From an uncultured Verrucomicrobiota bacterium (GTDB lineage: Bacteria > Verrucomicrobiota > Verrucomicrobiia > Limisphaerales > JAHDYP01): a stretch of DNA of 62,044 nt. Positions 1-8,849 of the stretch are shown here, one piece after another (the stretch's first letter is position 1; every line of letters begins with the position of its first letter). Location of the stretch: the NCBI GenBank assembly GCA_964432995.1, contig CAYSPU010000001.1, positions 2,253-64,296 of the forward strand. The letters are read 5' to 3'. The translations under genes and the position numbers were made by a program. The notes under the pieces were generated by a model. That model had not been told where the DNA came from and ran no database searches. It saw only the letters and a list, made by a program, of their open reading frames with translations.

Positions 1-1532
1 TCGTTCTGGTGGTATTTGCGGAAGACGGGGTCGGTGCGGAAGTAGTTCAGGGTATCGTGCATCCAACCCATGTTCCACTTGAAGGAGAAGCCGAGGCCAC
101 CCAGGTAGGGGGGCCGGGTCACGAGCGGCCAGGCGGTGGATTCCTCGGCCACCGTGACGACGCCGGGATGGTTGACGTGGACGACGTGGTTGAACTTCTT
201 CAGGAACTCGATGGCTTCGATGTTCTCGCGGCCGCCGTAGGCATTCGGGATCCACTCCCCCGGCTTGCGCGAGTAGTCGAGGTAGAGCATCGAAGCCACG
301 GCATCCACGCGCAGGCCATCGATGTGATAGCGGTCCACCCAGAAGAGCGCGTTGGCGGTCAGGAAGTTGCTGACCTCATGCCGCCCGTAGTTGAAGATGA
401 GGGTGCCCCAATCCTGGTGGGCGCCTTTGCGCGGGTCTTCGTGCTCATAAAGGGCGGTCCCGTCGAACCGTTCCAAGGCCCATTCATCCCTGGGGAAGTG
501 CGCGGGCACCCAGTCAACGAGCAGGCCGATCCCCGCCTCGTGCAGGCACTGGACGAAGTATTGAAAGTCCGTGGGGGTCCCGTAGCGGCAGGTGGGCGAG
601 TAGAAGCCTGTCACCTGATAGCCCCACGAGGGATAGAAGGCGTGCTCGGCGACCGGAAGCAGTTCCACATGCGTGAACCCCATCCGGCGGACATAGTCGA
701 TCAGCGGGCCCGCCAACTCCCGGTAGCCCAGGGACTCCGCCTGGTTCTTCTTCCGCCATGATCCCAGGTGAAGCTCGTAAACGGCCAGGGGAGAGTGCCA
801 GGGATCCTGCCCGGCACGACGGGCAATCCAGGAGGCGTCATCCCATTGATACTGGCGCGTGTTCCAGACGATGGAGGCATTCTTGGGCGCGGGCTCGAAA
901 TAAAACCCAAACGGGTCCGTCTTGAGCCGGAGGTTGCCCTGGCAGTCGAGGATCTCGAACTTGTAGAGGGTGCCTTCTTTCACGCCCGGAATGAAGATCT
1001 CCCACACTCCCGAAAGCCCCAGGAGCCGCAGGCAGTGCCGGCGGCCGTCCCACGCGTTGAAATCCCCCACCACGCTGACCCGGCGGGCATTGGGAGCCCA
1101 TACGGCGAAGCTCACCCCCGACACCCCGTCGATGGTCCGCAGTTGGGCTCCCAGCTTGTCGTAGAGCAACTGCTCGTTGCCCTGACCGAAGAGATAGAGA
1201 TCCGTCTCCCCCAGCGTCGGCAGGAAGGAGTAGGGATCCCGGTGCTGCCACCGACGCCCTTCGGCGTCTTCCACCACGAGGTCGTAGGCATACACCCCCG
1301 CTTTCTGTCGGTGCACCCCTTCGAACAAGCCGTCCGCATGCACCTTCTTGAGCTGGATCCGGGGAAGCGCCGGGTCGTGAGTGGGCACCGCTTCGACGGC
1401 ACGCGCTCCGGGCATCAAGGCGCGGACCACCAGGCCCGAGCCGTCACGAAGCGGGTGCATCCCGAGGAGATCATGCGGACATTGGCGCTCGAGACGGACG
1501 AGGCTGGTGACTTCTGCCGGAGTGAGGATCAT
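1..1532 (-). CDS. glgB: 1,4-alpha-glucan branching enzyme (GH13), N-terminal ~510 aa; the C-terminus lies beyond the window start
   Basis: Absent from the ORF track because it runs off the edge. My minus-strand translation from ATG (1532-1530) reads MILTPAEVTSLVRLE...FAVWAPNARRVSVVGDFNAWDGRRH...GVWEIFIPGVKEGTLYKFE...YELHLGSWRKK...GFTHVELLPVAEHAFYPSWGYQVTGFYSPT...LLVDWVPAHFPRD...HIDGLRVDAVASMLYLDYSR...FKWNMGWMHDTLNYF. These are the canonical GlgB CBM48 and catalytic-core motifs. Confidence 0.93.
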   Translation of the reverse strand, partial: MILTPAEVTSLVRLERQCPHDLLGMHPLRDGSGLVVRALMPGARAVEAVPTHDPALPRIQLKKVHADGLFEGVHRQKAGVYAYDLVVEDAEGRRWQHRDPYSFLPTLGETDLYLFGQGNEQLLYDKLGAQLRTIDGVSGVSFAVWAPNARRVSVVGDFNAWDGRRHCLRLLGLSGVWEIFIPGVKEGTLYKFEILDCQGNLRLKTDPFGFYFEPAPKNASIVWNTRQYQWDDASWIARRAGQDPWHSPLAVYELHLGSWRKKNQAESLGYRELAGPLIDYVRRMGFTHVELLPVAEHAFYPSWGYQVTGFYSPTCRYGTPTDFQYFVQCLHEAGIGLLVDWVPAHFPRDEWALERFDGTALYEHEDPRKGAHQDWGTLIFNYGRHEVSNFLTANALFWVDRYHIDGLRVDAVASMLYLDYSRKPGEWIPNAYGGRENIEAIEFLKKFNHVVHVNHPGVVTVAEESTAWPLVTRPPYLGGLGFSFKWNMGWMHDTLNYFRTDPVFRKYHQN

Positions 1533-1556
1533 CGCAACTGCAATCAACCACGTCAC

Positions 1557-2159
1557 TCACCAAAAGGCACGCAAAAAGAAGCCGCTGAAGACGCGTTTCG
1601 CCTGCTCCTCGAGCATCCGGAGATCGCCGTTGTTCCAGATCACGCGGTCGGAGCGTGCCATCTTCTCGGCCACCGGCCACTGGGCGGCGAGACGCTGGCG
1701 GATCTGGGCGTCGCTCCAGCCCCGTGTCCGCAGCCGTTCCCATTGCACTCGCTCGCTGCAACCGACACAGACGGCGCCATCGAACTCCTTTTCCGCTCCG
1801 ATCTCGAACAGCAAGGGGATGACCACCACGCCGAGGTCGCGCCCTGCTTGTTTCCAAGCCGCGGCTTCGGTTCGCCAGGCAACGCGGATCCGGGGGTGGA
1901 GGATGGCTTCCAGGTCGCGTCTCGCTGCGGCGTCCGCAAAGACCCGGTCGGCCAGCGCGGCGCGGCGGAGTCGGCCCTGGTCATCCAGTACGGAATCGCC
2001 GAAGCGGATGCGGATCTCCTCGAGGGCGGGGGCACCGGGTTCCACCACGATCCGGGCGAGGAGGTCGGTATCGACCAAGGCGATCCCGGAGCGCCCCAGC
2101 CACTGGACCAGCGTGGATTTGCCGCAGCCGATCCCACCTGTCAGCGCGATGGTCTTCAC
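1557..2159 (-). CDS. coaE: dephospho-CoA kinase
   Basis: 200-aa ORF. N-terminal P-loop in typical CoaE context (MKTIALTGGIGCGKST) plus ILHPRI motif; size fits CoaE. Confidence 0.88.
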   Translation of the reverse strand: MKTIALTGGIGCGKSTLVQWLGRSGIALVDTDLLARIVVEPGAPALEEIRIRFGDSVLDDQGRLRRAALADRVFADAAARRDLEAILHPRIRVAWRTEAAAWKQAGRDLGVVVIPLLFEIGAEKEFDGAVCVGCSERVQWERLRTRGWSDAQIRQRLAAQWPVAEKMARSDRVIWNNGDLRMLEEQAKRVFSGFFLRAFW

Positions 2160-2195
2160 GGCCGCCCGTGGCGGGAAAGCCGGCGTGCGGCAACC

Positions 2196-5100
2196 TCAAC
2201 GCCGGTAGGCCCGATAGAATTGCGCCGACGAACCGGCGTCCGTGGACAGGTCGAAGGGGATAACTCCGCCCACGGCCAGGTTCGTGGAGACCGGGGTCCA
2301 CCCCATCAGGTCGGTCGACGATTCGATGACGTAGGTCTGGCCGGATTCGCCGATCAACCGGAGGGTGGGCTGTTCCGCGCTTCCCACCATCTGCAGTCGC
2401 ACGGCGGATTCGGTCAGGCTCGCCAGCGGCAGCGTGAGGTTGTCCAGGTAGGCGGCATCTTCGAAGTCCTTGATGGGAGGATCGGCGAAATCCTTGGCAT
2501 AGCGCCACTCGACGGTGTTGGTGCCGGCCGGTACCACGATGGCGTAGCGCGTCCAATCCACAGCCCCGCTCCAGTTGGTTACCAGGGTCCCGTTCAGCCA
2601 GAACTGCAGGTGGTCCCAGCCTTCCTCGGAGCTGACCCGGAAATCGAACGAGAGCACGCCCGCGTCGAGTATCTCGGTCAATTGGAGCACGCTCTTCTGG
2701 CCATTCCCGATGGCGCCGGATCGGGCGGCGTACTGGCCGGTGGCCGCATTCGTGGACTGGACCCGCCAGGAGGCGTGGCTGCCGGCCGGATTCAGCGCGT
2801 AGCTCAACACGGGACTGAAGGACCCGGTCTCGAAGTCGTCCGTGAAGCTTTCCGGGGCGAAGTTCGCGACCAGGACGTGGTCCTGATCCATCAGCAAGGC
2901 CAGGGGGTTGTCGGTGGACTCGACGCTGCCGGTCCATCGGACGAAGCGGTATCCGGGAAGCGGGGTGGCCGTCAGGGTCACGGTGCTGGCCGCTTCGTAA
3001 TCGGCTTCGGCCGGGGTTGGGGCAACCGATCCCCCGGCGGTGGCGGTGACGCCGAGATGGAAGAGGGTCCGATTGGTGAACGCGTAGAGCAGGCGGTTGG
3101 TGCCGGCGCTGGCCGCATAGCCGTCCAGGGCGATGGAGTAAGTGGTCGCCGCTCGGACGCCGAGGGTGACTTTGCTGTAGCGGTTGCCCGCGATGAAGTC
3201 GTCGTTGGCCGCGACTGTGGTCAGACTGTCGACCCGGGTGCCGGTGTAGACGCCCAGCAGCGTGTCATAGCTCACGTTCGTGGTCAGCACCTGCAGCATG
3301 CCATCGGCCGGTGCGGTCCAACGATACCAGATGGAGTGTCCCCCTTCGTTGCCGGCGTGGTTGGGCTCGCCGGACTCCTTGGTCGCCCGCTGGTTGCTGC
3401 AGGCGATGGAGCCCGAGTCGCCGGTCAGTTCCAGGGCGTTGACGAAGTGATCGTTCGACGGATCCGGGGGCCAGTAATAGACGGTGGTCTTCACTGTGAT
3501 GGACTGGAGTCCGGCGTTATCGACGGCCGTGGCGTAGATGGTATTCTGGCCTTCCTGCAGCAGGAAGTTGCTCGACCACTGATCGCCGTCGAGGTCGGCG
3601 CGTTTGCCGGAGAAATCCTGGTTGATGCGGACGAGGACCTCGGCGATTCCCGAGGCGCCCGGTTGAGGATCGAAAGCCAGTCCGGTGACTTCCACGCGGT
3701 TCGTCGGGGAGATGTAACCGCTTCCGGGCCAAGTGAAGGCGGCGACGGGCGCCAGTGTGTCCGGCACGCCGTTCATTTCGACGCGCAAGCGGACGGTGCC
3801 GGTCTCTTCGTCGTCGGCGCCGCCGACGACGATGCGGTAGGTCTTGGCCGGTTCGGCCGTGAACGTGAGGTAGGCGTGCCGTCGTCCGTTGACGTCGTCC
3901 GCCGCAGCCACTTCTTTGACGTTGGCGATGTTCGTGCCGGTGTAGACCGCCACCACGGTGTCGAACGTGCTCCCCGCCGTATCGATCAAGACGGGAATAT
4001 CGGTCGAAGCGGGCGAGGACCACATCCACCACAGCGTGCTGGCCACGGTCGGATTGTCCGCGTGGAACGGCTCCTGGAACTCGATCGTCGCGTACTGGTT
4101 GTCGGAGAGAATCACCCCGCCTTCGGGCGGCACCTTGTCGGCGTGCGCGAACATGTCGTTCCCCGGGGGACTGACGATGGTGTAGCGAACGACGTTGGTG
4201 CTGGGCGTCTTTGGCGCCGGGGCTGTGACAATGACCGTGAGGATCAACTCGCTGACGTTGGTGGGGGCGACGAGCCGGCCGCTGTAGATGGCGTCTCCGG
4301 CGGCAGCGTCGGGGGCGGTGCCGTTGTTGACGAAGTTGACGGTCCCGTTGGTGCCGTAGGTGCCTTTGACGGTGGCGTTGGTCACGCTGAACATGTCGGT
4401 GACGGTCACGAAGATGTTGTTCGTGGAGCCGGCCAGGAGGACGGCGTTGTTGGGCGGGGTGATCGCCACCTCGAGTTCATTGTCGCCGACGGCGCTGAGA
4501 GCCTTGTAGGCATTGACGCGGCCTCCGGTGACGGTGATGCCGTTGAGGGCGACGGTGGGGACGACGGTCTTGAGGAGCCGCTCGCGGAGTTCGACCAGGG
4601 AGATGTTCGGGTAGTAAGCGCGGATGAGGGCGGCGACGCCGGTGACGTGGGGTGCGGCCATGCTGGTGCCCTGGTAGTATTCATAGGCAGTGGTGGAAGT
4701 GGCCACCGTCGAGTAAATGTCCACCCCCGGCGCCCCGAGATCGACCGTGGTGGCGCCGTAGTTGGAGAAGGAGGCCAACTGATCCGAACGATCGATGGCC
4801 GCCACGCTGATGATGTTGTCCAGATCGTAGTTCGCGGGGTAGGCGGGCTCTTCGTCGTTGTCCATGGCGTCGTTGCCGGCCGAAGCCACGAACAAGACAC
4901 CGGCGTCCCGGGCCGCGGCGATGGCGTCGAACTCCGCCTTCATGTAGGGGCCGCCGCCGAAACTGGCGTTCATCACCGACGCCCCGTTTTCCACCGCGTA
5001 CTCGATACCCTCGACGATGTCGGCGGATGCCAGACCGGAGGCACCGCCCACGCGGCACGCCATGATCCGAACGTTCCAATTGACGCCCACGTGGTCGTAG

Positions 5101-5861
5101 CCGTTGTTGGCAGCGGCGCCGATCGTCCCCGACACGTGGCTGCCGTGCCCGATGCTATCCATGGGATCCCCGCTGTCGTTCACGGCGTTGATGCCGAAGA
5201 CGTCGTCGACGTAGCCGTTGTCATCGTTATCGGCGCCGTCGTTGGGCACTTCGTTGGGGTTCTGCCACATCTGGGCGGAGAGATCGCGGTGGTCATAGCG
5301 CACGCCGCTGTCCACGACGGCCACAATGACGTTGGTGGAACCGACCGTGAGGTCCCAGGCGGTTTCGGCGGAGATATCGACCCCCACCACGCCGCCCTGG
5401 TCGCCGATATTGCGGAGGCCCCAGAGCGAACCATCCAGGAACTTCGCGTCCGTTGGCGTGCGGTGGAACTGCCGGATGTAGTCCGGCTCGGCGTAGAGGA
5501 AGAGGCCGGAGTCGCGCAGTGCGGCCAGCCGGCTCAGAAGGGATTCCTTGAGCTGGTCCTGGCCGGGAACGACCGCCACGGCCAGGGGAAGGCGCTGCCG
5601 GACCGGAACATCGAGAAGCACCAGACCGGAGACGCGCCGGTATTCGCGGGTCACCTCGAGTCCGATCGAACTCAGCAGCTCGCTGACGCCGGGGTCGGTC
5701 GGGCGGCGGTCCGCCTGGAGGCGGGCCAGGATTCGGGTGGGGTGGGCGTCATACCGGCCGATCTGGATCCAGGGGCTCTCTCCCTGGGCGAGCGCCCCGG
5801 GAACGAGCCCGGTCCAACCGGCCAGCAGGACCATCGGTAGCAACGTGCGCAGTCTCAACAT
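2196..5861 (-). CDS. secreted multidomain subtilisin-like serine protease (peptidase S8) with C-terminal accessory domains
   Basis: Start trimmed to the ATG at 5861 (MLRLRTLLPMVLLAGWTGLVPGALAQG signal peptide); the longer ORF would overlap the upstream gene. Asp/His/Ser triad motifs VAVVDSGV, GHGSHVSGT, GTSMAAPHVTG. Followed by two repeat modules (N..AT.E.GEP.H....S.W..W....FDT...VY.G), an InlB-B-repeat-like segment, a MAM/lectin-like segment and the shared C-terminal domain. Confidence 0.85.
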   Translation of the reverse strand: MLRLRTLLPMVLLAGWTGLVPGALAQGESPWIQIGRYDAHPTRILARLQADRRPTDPGVSELLSSIGLEVTREYRRVSGLVLLDVPVRQRLPLAVAVVPGQDQLKESLLSRLAALRDSGLFLYAEPDYIRQFHRTPTDAKFLDGSLWGLRNIGDQGGVVGVDISAETAWDLTVGSTNVIVAVVDSGVRYDHRDLSAQMWQNPNEVPNDGADNDDNGYVDDVFGINAVNDSGDPMDSIGHGSHVSGTIGAAANNGYDHVGVNWNVRIMACRVGGASGLASADIVEGIEYAVENGASVMNASFGGGPYMKAEFDAIAAARDAGVLFVASAGNDAMDNDEEPAYPANYDLDNIISVAAIDRSDQLASFSNYGATTVDLGAPGVDIYSTVATSTTAYEYYQGTSMAAPHVTGVAALIRAYYPNISLVELRERLLKTVVPTVALNGITVTGGRVNAYKALSAVGDNELEVAITPPNNAVLLAGSTNNIFVTVTDMFSVTNATVKGTYGTNGTVNFVNNGTAPDAAAGDAIYSGRLVAPTNVSELILTVIVTAPAPKTPSTNVVRYTIVSPPGNDMFAHADKVPPEGGVILSDNQYATIEFQEPFHADNPTVASTLWWMWSSPASTDIPVLIDTAGSTFDTVVAVYTGTNIANVKEVAAADDVNGRRHAYLTFTAEPAKTYRIVVGGADDEETGTVRLRVEMNGVPDTLAPVAAFTWPGSGYISPTNRVEVTGLAFDPQPGASGIAEVLVRINQDFSGKRADLDGDQWSSNFLLQEGQNTIYATAVDNAGLQSITVKTTVYYWPPDPSNDHFVNALELTGDSGSIACSNQRATKESGEPNHAGNEGGHSIWYRWTAPADGMLQVLTTNVSYDTLLGVYTGTRVDSLTTVAANDDFIAGNRYSKVTLGVRAATTYSIALDGYAASAGTNRLLYAFTNRTLFHLGVTATAGGSVAPTPAEADYEAASTVTLTATPLPGYRFVRWTGSVESTDNPLALLMDQDHVLVANFAPESFTDDFETGSFSPVLSYALNPAGSHASWRVQSTNAATGQYAARSGAIGNGQKSVLQLTEILDAGVLSFDFRVSSEEGWDHLQFWLNGTLVTNWSGAVDWTRYAIVVPAGTNTVEWRYAKDFADPPIKDFEDAAYLDNLTLPLASLTESAVRLQMVGSAEQPTLRLIGESGQTYVIESSTDLMGWTPVSTNLAVGGVIPFDLSTDAGSSAQFYRAYRR

Positions 5862-5944
5862 GGCAACAGCTTTCACCAGCCCGCACTTCCCCTCCGGTGC
5901 CAGCCCCGTGCGGGGAAGCCCGGCTGCCGGGTCGCGCGCGGCCG

Positions 5945-8809
5945 TTACGGGTTGTATCGAACGCGGTAGTAACGGCTGGACACACCCTCGGGCAGGACGT
6001 CTTCCGCCTCGAGCGTTCGCATGAACGCCTCCGGGTTGGCCACCGTGGCAATGACCTCCCATTCGCCAGCGGCCAGATCCGTCGTCATCTCCACCACATA
6101 CGTCGTCTGGGGCGCCGCCATCCACTGGATTGTAGTCTTGGAGGCGGGGGCCGTGCCGACGATCGCCTGGACCTCCGGCTCGGCGAAGGGATAGGGGTCG
6201 TAGCCGTTGGCCAGGCCGTCGCCGTCGGAATCGATCGTGATGCTCTCGCGCAAGCCCTTGTTGATGCGGACGGTTCGGCCGGAGGGCATGAGCACATCCA
6301 CCGAACTCCGCGGACCGGCGAAGTCGCGGACCCAGCGGAACCGACCGCCGAGCGCGCCGTCGAGTTCCTCGACCGGCGTGCTGCTGGGGGCGTAGGCAAA
6401 GTAGATCGTCACGTTGGGATCCACCTCGAACACCGACTCGAGGTTGCCGTTCCGATACGCGTCAAGGACATACCCCTGGAACTCGAGGTAGTCGACGTAG
6501 AGCGCGTAACGGCCCTGGGTGTTCAATCCGCGCAACTGCTGGAATCCGCTCTGGCCCGCGCTCAGCAAAAGGCTCCCGAGGGCGACGTTGTTGGTGAAAC
6601 CGTCGACCGTGGCGCCCCGATCCTCGGCCGCCCACTGATGCTCGATCCAGGCGAAGCGCGGGGCGGTGGACTGCACGGCAGTGCCCAGGAGATCGCCATA
6701 TTGTGGCTTGCGCAACATCACCAAGCCGTCCGCCGGCACCAACATGTTCCCGGCAGCCCAACCACTATCCGCCAAGGAATTGGTCACGCTCAAGATCAGC
6801 GATCCGCTGGTCTGATTCGTGAATTGGTTCAGTTTGAGGTCGTTGACCGCAAGGGTGACATCCGCGCCCGCGCTCAGGCGCCCATGCTGGAACTTGCCCA
6901 ATTTGCCCTCCAGCGCGAACGCTCCGTCGGCCTGGATCCGCCCGGAATTCTCGAAGTAGTCGGAGCGAACGCGCATCGCATTGGCATCGACGGTCCCGCG
7001 GTTGACAAAGGTGGAGTAGGGTTTCGCGCGGTCCTGACCGAAGTTGGCGGTGTTGGCGATGTAGAAGTAGCCTTCGTTGGTGAGGAACCGCAACCGCGGG
7101 GCGTTGGTAACGGCAAAGTGCCCGTCTCCGCCGCTGAAGGTGAGATCGCCCTTGAGGGTGACGGTCTCCGCATCCAACAGGAGAGGACCCACCGCCCGGA
7201 CATTGTCCTCGACGACCACGTTGGTGCTATGGACGGAGAACCCGTGCGTCTGCACCTCCCGGACGATCCCCAACTGCTGGCCATCGACGACGAACGCGTG
7301 GAACTGGAGATCCACGGTGTTGGTGGCGACGTTGGTGATCATCGTGCCCGGGTTGGCCGGGTCTTCCTCGACGTTCGTCGTGGTCGTCCCCGACTGGTTG
7401 GTCCAGGTGGCGCTCCAGAGGAAGACATAGCCGTCGAACCGGGTGATGGTGTCCGGGGTGATGTCGCGGATGAGGAGGTCGCCGCTCGCCGAAGTGAGGT
7501 TGAAGACGAGGTTGGGGGCGTCGATGTAGGTGCCGGAGGTGTCGCTCACGTCGCCGGTGGATTCGATGCGGATCGAGGAATTGCCCCGCAGCCGGGCGTC
7601 GCGGAGGTCGACTGTCCTGCCGGAAATCTCGATCCGCCCGGGGAGGTCGATGACCGATGCCCCCTCCACGCCCGTGGCATCGAGTGCGCCACCTTCCACG
7701 TACGGCGAGTAGGCCGACCAAAAGATGTCCACCGTCTGGTTCGAGTAGGCTTGATTGGAGAATAGATCCGAGGTCAGGGGCGCGTTCCCGAGGTCGCCAT
7801 CCTCGAACACCTGGAGCGGCGACAGTCTGACGCGGTAGTTGCGCGAGCGGTATGTGGACTTTGTGTCCATGCTGTTGAGCAACACGAGGTTCGTGTAGGC
7901 GCCCAGCGCATCGCTGATGTAGAGGGTCTCCGTGCGGATGGTGCCGTCGATGGAGTTGGTCATCGGCATGGTGAACTCGGCGCTGATGATCTGCAGCCCG
8001 GTCTCGGAGCCGAGGGAGCTGAAGCGGATCCGCGAGGCCAGCATGTTCGTGTCATAGCCCACGAAGGCCGCCTGGATGATCTGGTTGGTCTCCGTCAACG
8101 CGTTGGTGTAGGCTCCGACGGTGGTGGTCTGGAACCCGATCCGGCTTGTCCCCCACCCGAAGGGGTCTTCCACACGGTGCGCGGGGGTGATCACGCTGAC
8201 CGAGAACGGATCGTTCTGCACGGTGACGAAGTTCGGGAGGTTGAGGGTGGCGTTGGTCAGGCCGCCCCAGTAATTGTCGTAAATGCCGGTCGCCGGGGTG
8301 AAGTTCGTCTCGGTAACGCTATCCGAATCACCGAAACCTCCGGTGATGGTCGGGCGGACTTCGAGGCGGCTGTGGCGGACGTCGACGCCCTGCCCCTGCA
8401 GTTCGAGGAGGCCCGAGGCGCCGACGCTGAGCAACCCGCGGTTCTGGATGTTGGCCGCATTGACGATGAGGTGACTGGAGACGCTCACCTGAGCGCCGCT
8501 ATCGTTGACGAAACTGGTGGCGGGACGGGGGGCCTGGGTCGACGAGGCGGTCTGGAAGAAGAACCCCGGGTTGCCGCTCATGACGCCGTGGTTGGTGAAA
8601 TGGAGCGTGCTCTGAAAGTCGTAGGGAAGAGCTGTCGACACGTAGAACGTGCCGTAATTGATGAACGCCGTGGCATCGATCTGCGGCGGGGGGTAATCGT
8701 TCATCACGCCCTGGTTGATGTAGACCGGCTGCGTGGCCGCCTGGGCGGCGACGAGGAGGGCGGCGCCGGCCCCCAGACCCGGAAAGACGTTCTTCATAGG
8801 ACTGCTCAT
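5945..8809 (-). CDS. large secreted hypothetical protein, probably beta-helical, with a DSDGDG calcium-type motif and the shared C-terminal domain
   Basis: 954-aa ORF with a signal-like N-terminus (MSSPMKNVFPGLGAGAALLVAAQAATQ). Asn/Gly/Thr-rich repetitive body. C-terminal DSDGDGLANGYDPYPF, then TTYVVEMTTDL..GEWEV...YYRVRYNP. No catalytic motif recognised. Confidence 0.6.
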   Translation of the reverse strand: MSSPMKNVFPGLGAGAALLVAAQAATQPVYINQGVMNDYPPPQIDATAFINYGTFYVSTALPYDFQSTLHFTNHGVMSGNPGFFFQTASSTQAPRPATSFVNDSGAQVSVSSHLIVNAANIQNRGLLSVGASGLLELQGQGVDVRHSRLEVRPTITGGFGDSDSVTETNFTPATGIYDNYWGGLTNATLNLPNFVTVQNDPFSVSVITPAHRVEDPFGWGTSRIGFQTTTVGAYTNALTETNQIIQAAFVGYDTNMLASRIRFSSLGSETGLQIISAEFTMPMTNSIDGTIRTETLYISDALGAYTNLVLLNSMDTKSTYRSRNYRVRLSPLQVFEDGDLGNAPLTSDLFSNQAYSNQTVDIFWSAYSPYVEGGALDATGVEGASVIDLPGRIEISGRTVDLRDARLRGNSSIRIESTGDVSDTSGTYIDAPNLVFNLTSASGDLLIRDITPDTITRFDGYVFLWSATWTNQSGTTTTNVEEDPANPGTMITNVATNTVDLQFHAFVVDGQQLGIVREVQTHGFSVHSTNVVVEDNVRAVGPLLLDAETVTLKGDLTFSGGDGHFAVTNAPRLRFLTNEGYFYIANTANFGQDRAKPYSTFVNRGTVDANAMRVRSDYFENSGRIQADGAFALEGKLGKFQHGRLSAGADVTLAVNDLKLNQFTNQTSGSLILSVTNSLADSGWAAGNMLVPADGLVMLRKPQYGDLLGTAVQSTAPRFAWIEHQWAAEDRGATVDGFTNNVALGSLLLSAGQSGFQQLRGLNTQGRYALYVDYLEFQGYVLDAYRNGNLESVFEVDPNVTIYFAYAPSSTPVEELDGALGGRFRWVRDFAGPRSSVDVLMPSGRTVRINKGLRESITIDSDGDGLANGYDPYPFAEPEVQAIVGTAPASKTTIQWMAAPQTTYVVEMTTDLAAGEWEVIATVANPEAFMRTLEAEDVLPEGVSSRYYRVRYNP

Positions 8810-8849
8810 GAGGCGAAATGGGCTGTTCGCATTGCGGGTGGTACCGGTG

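Noticed and set aside
9-761. 250-aa plus-strand ORF at the left edge
   Set aside because: It is antisense to the edge-truncated glgB gene, which is missing from the ORF track only because it has no stop inside the window.
2196-2408. Shared C-terminal tails as PEP-CTERM, LPXTG or autotransporter signals
   Set aside because: The tails have no PEP motif, no terminal hydrophobic helix with a basic tail, no LPXTG, and no beta-barrel of about 250-300 aa. They end in soluble-looking FYR/YYR strands.
768-5840. 1690-aa plus-strand ORF, and similar very long ORFs at 5897..7765 +, 10437..12311 +, 12352..15159 +, 43024..45243 +, 48298..49908 + and 59183..61936 +
   Set aside because: Each lies exactly antisense to a minus-strand gene with unmistakable family motifs (GlgB, S8 protease, secretin, TrpB2, MBL hydrolase and others). 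Their translations are Arg/Gly/Ala/Pro/Val/Asp/His-rich with no motifs. They are typical shadow ORFs of a high-GC genome with GC3-rich genes.
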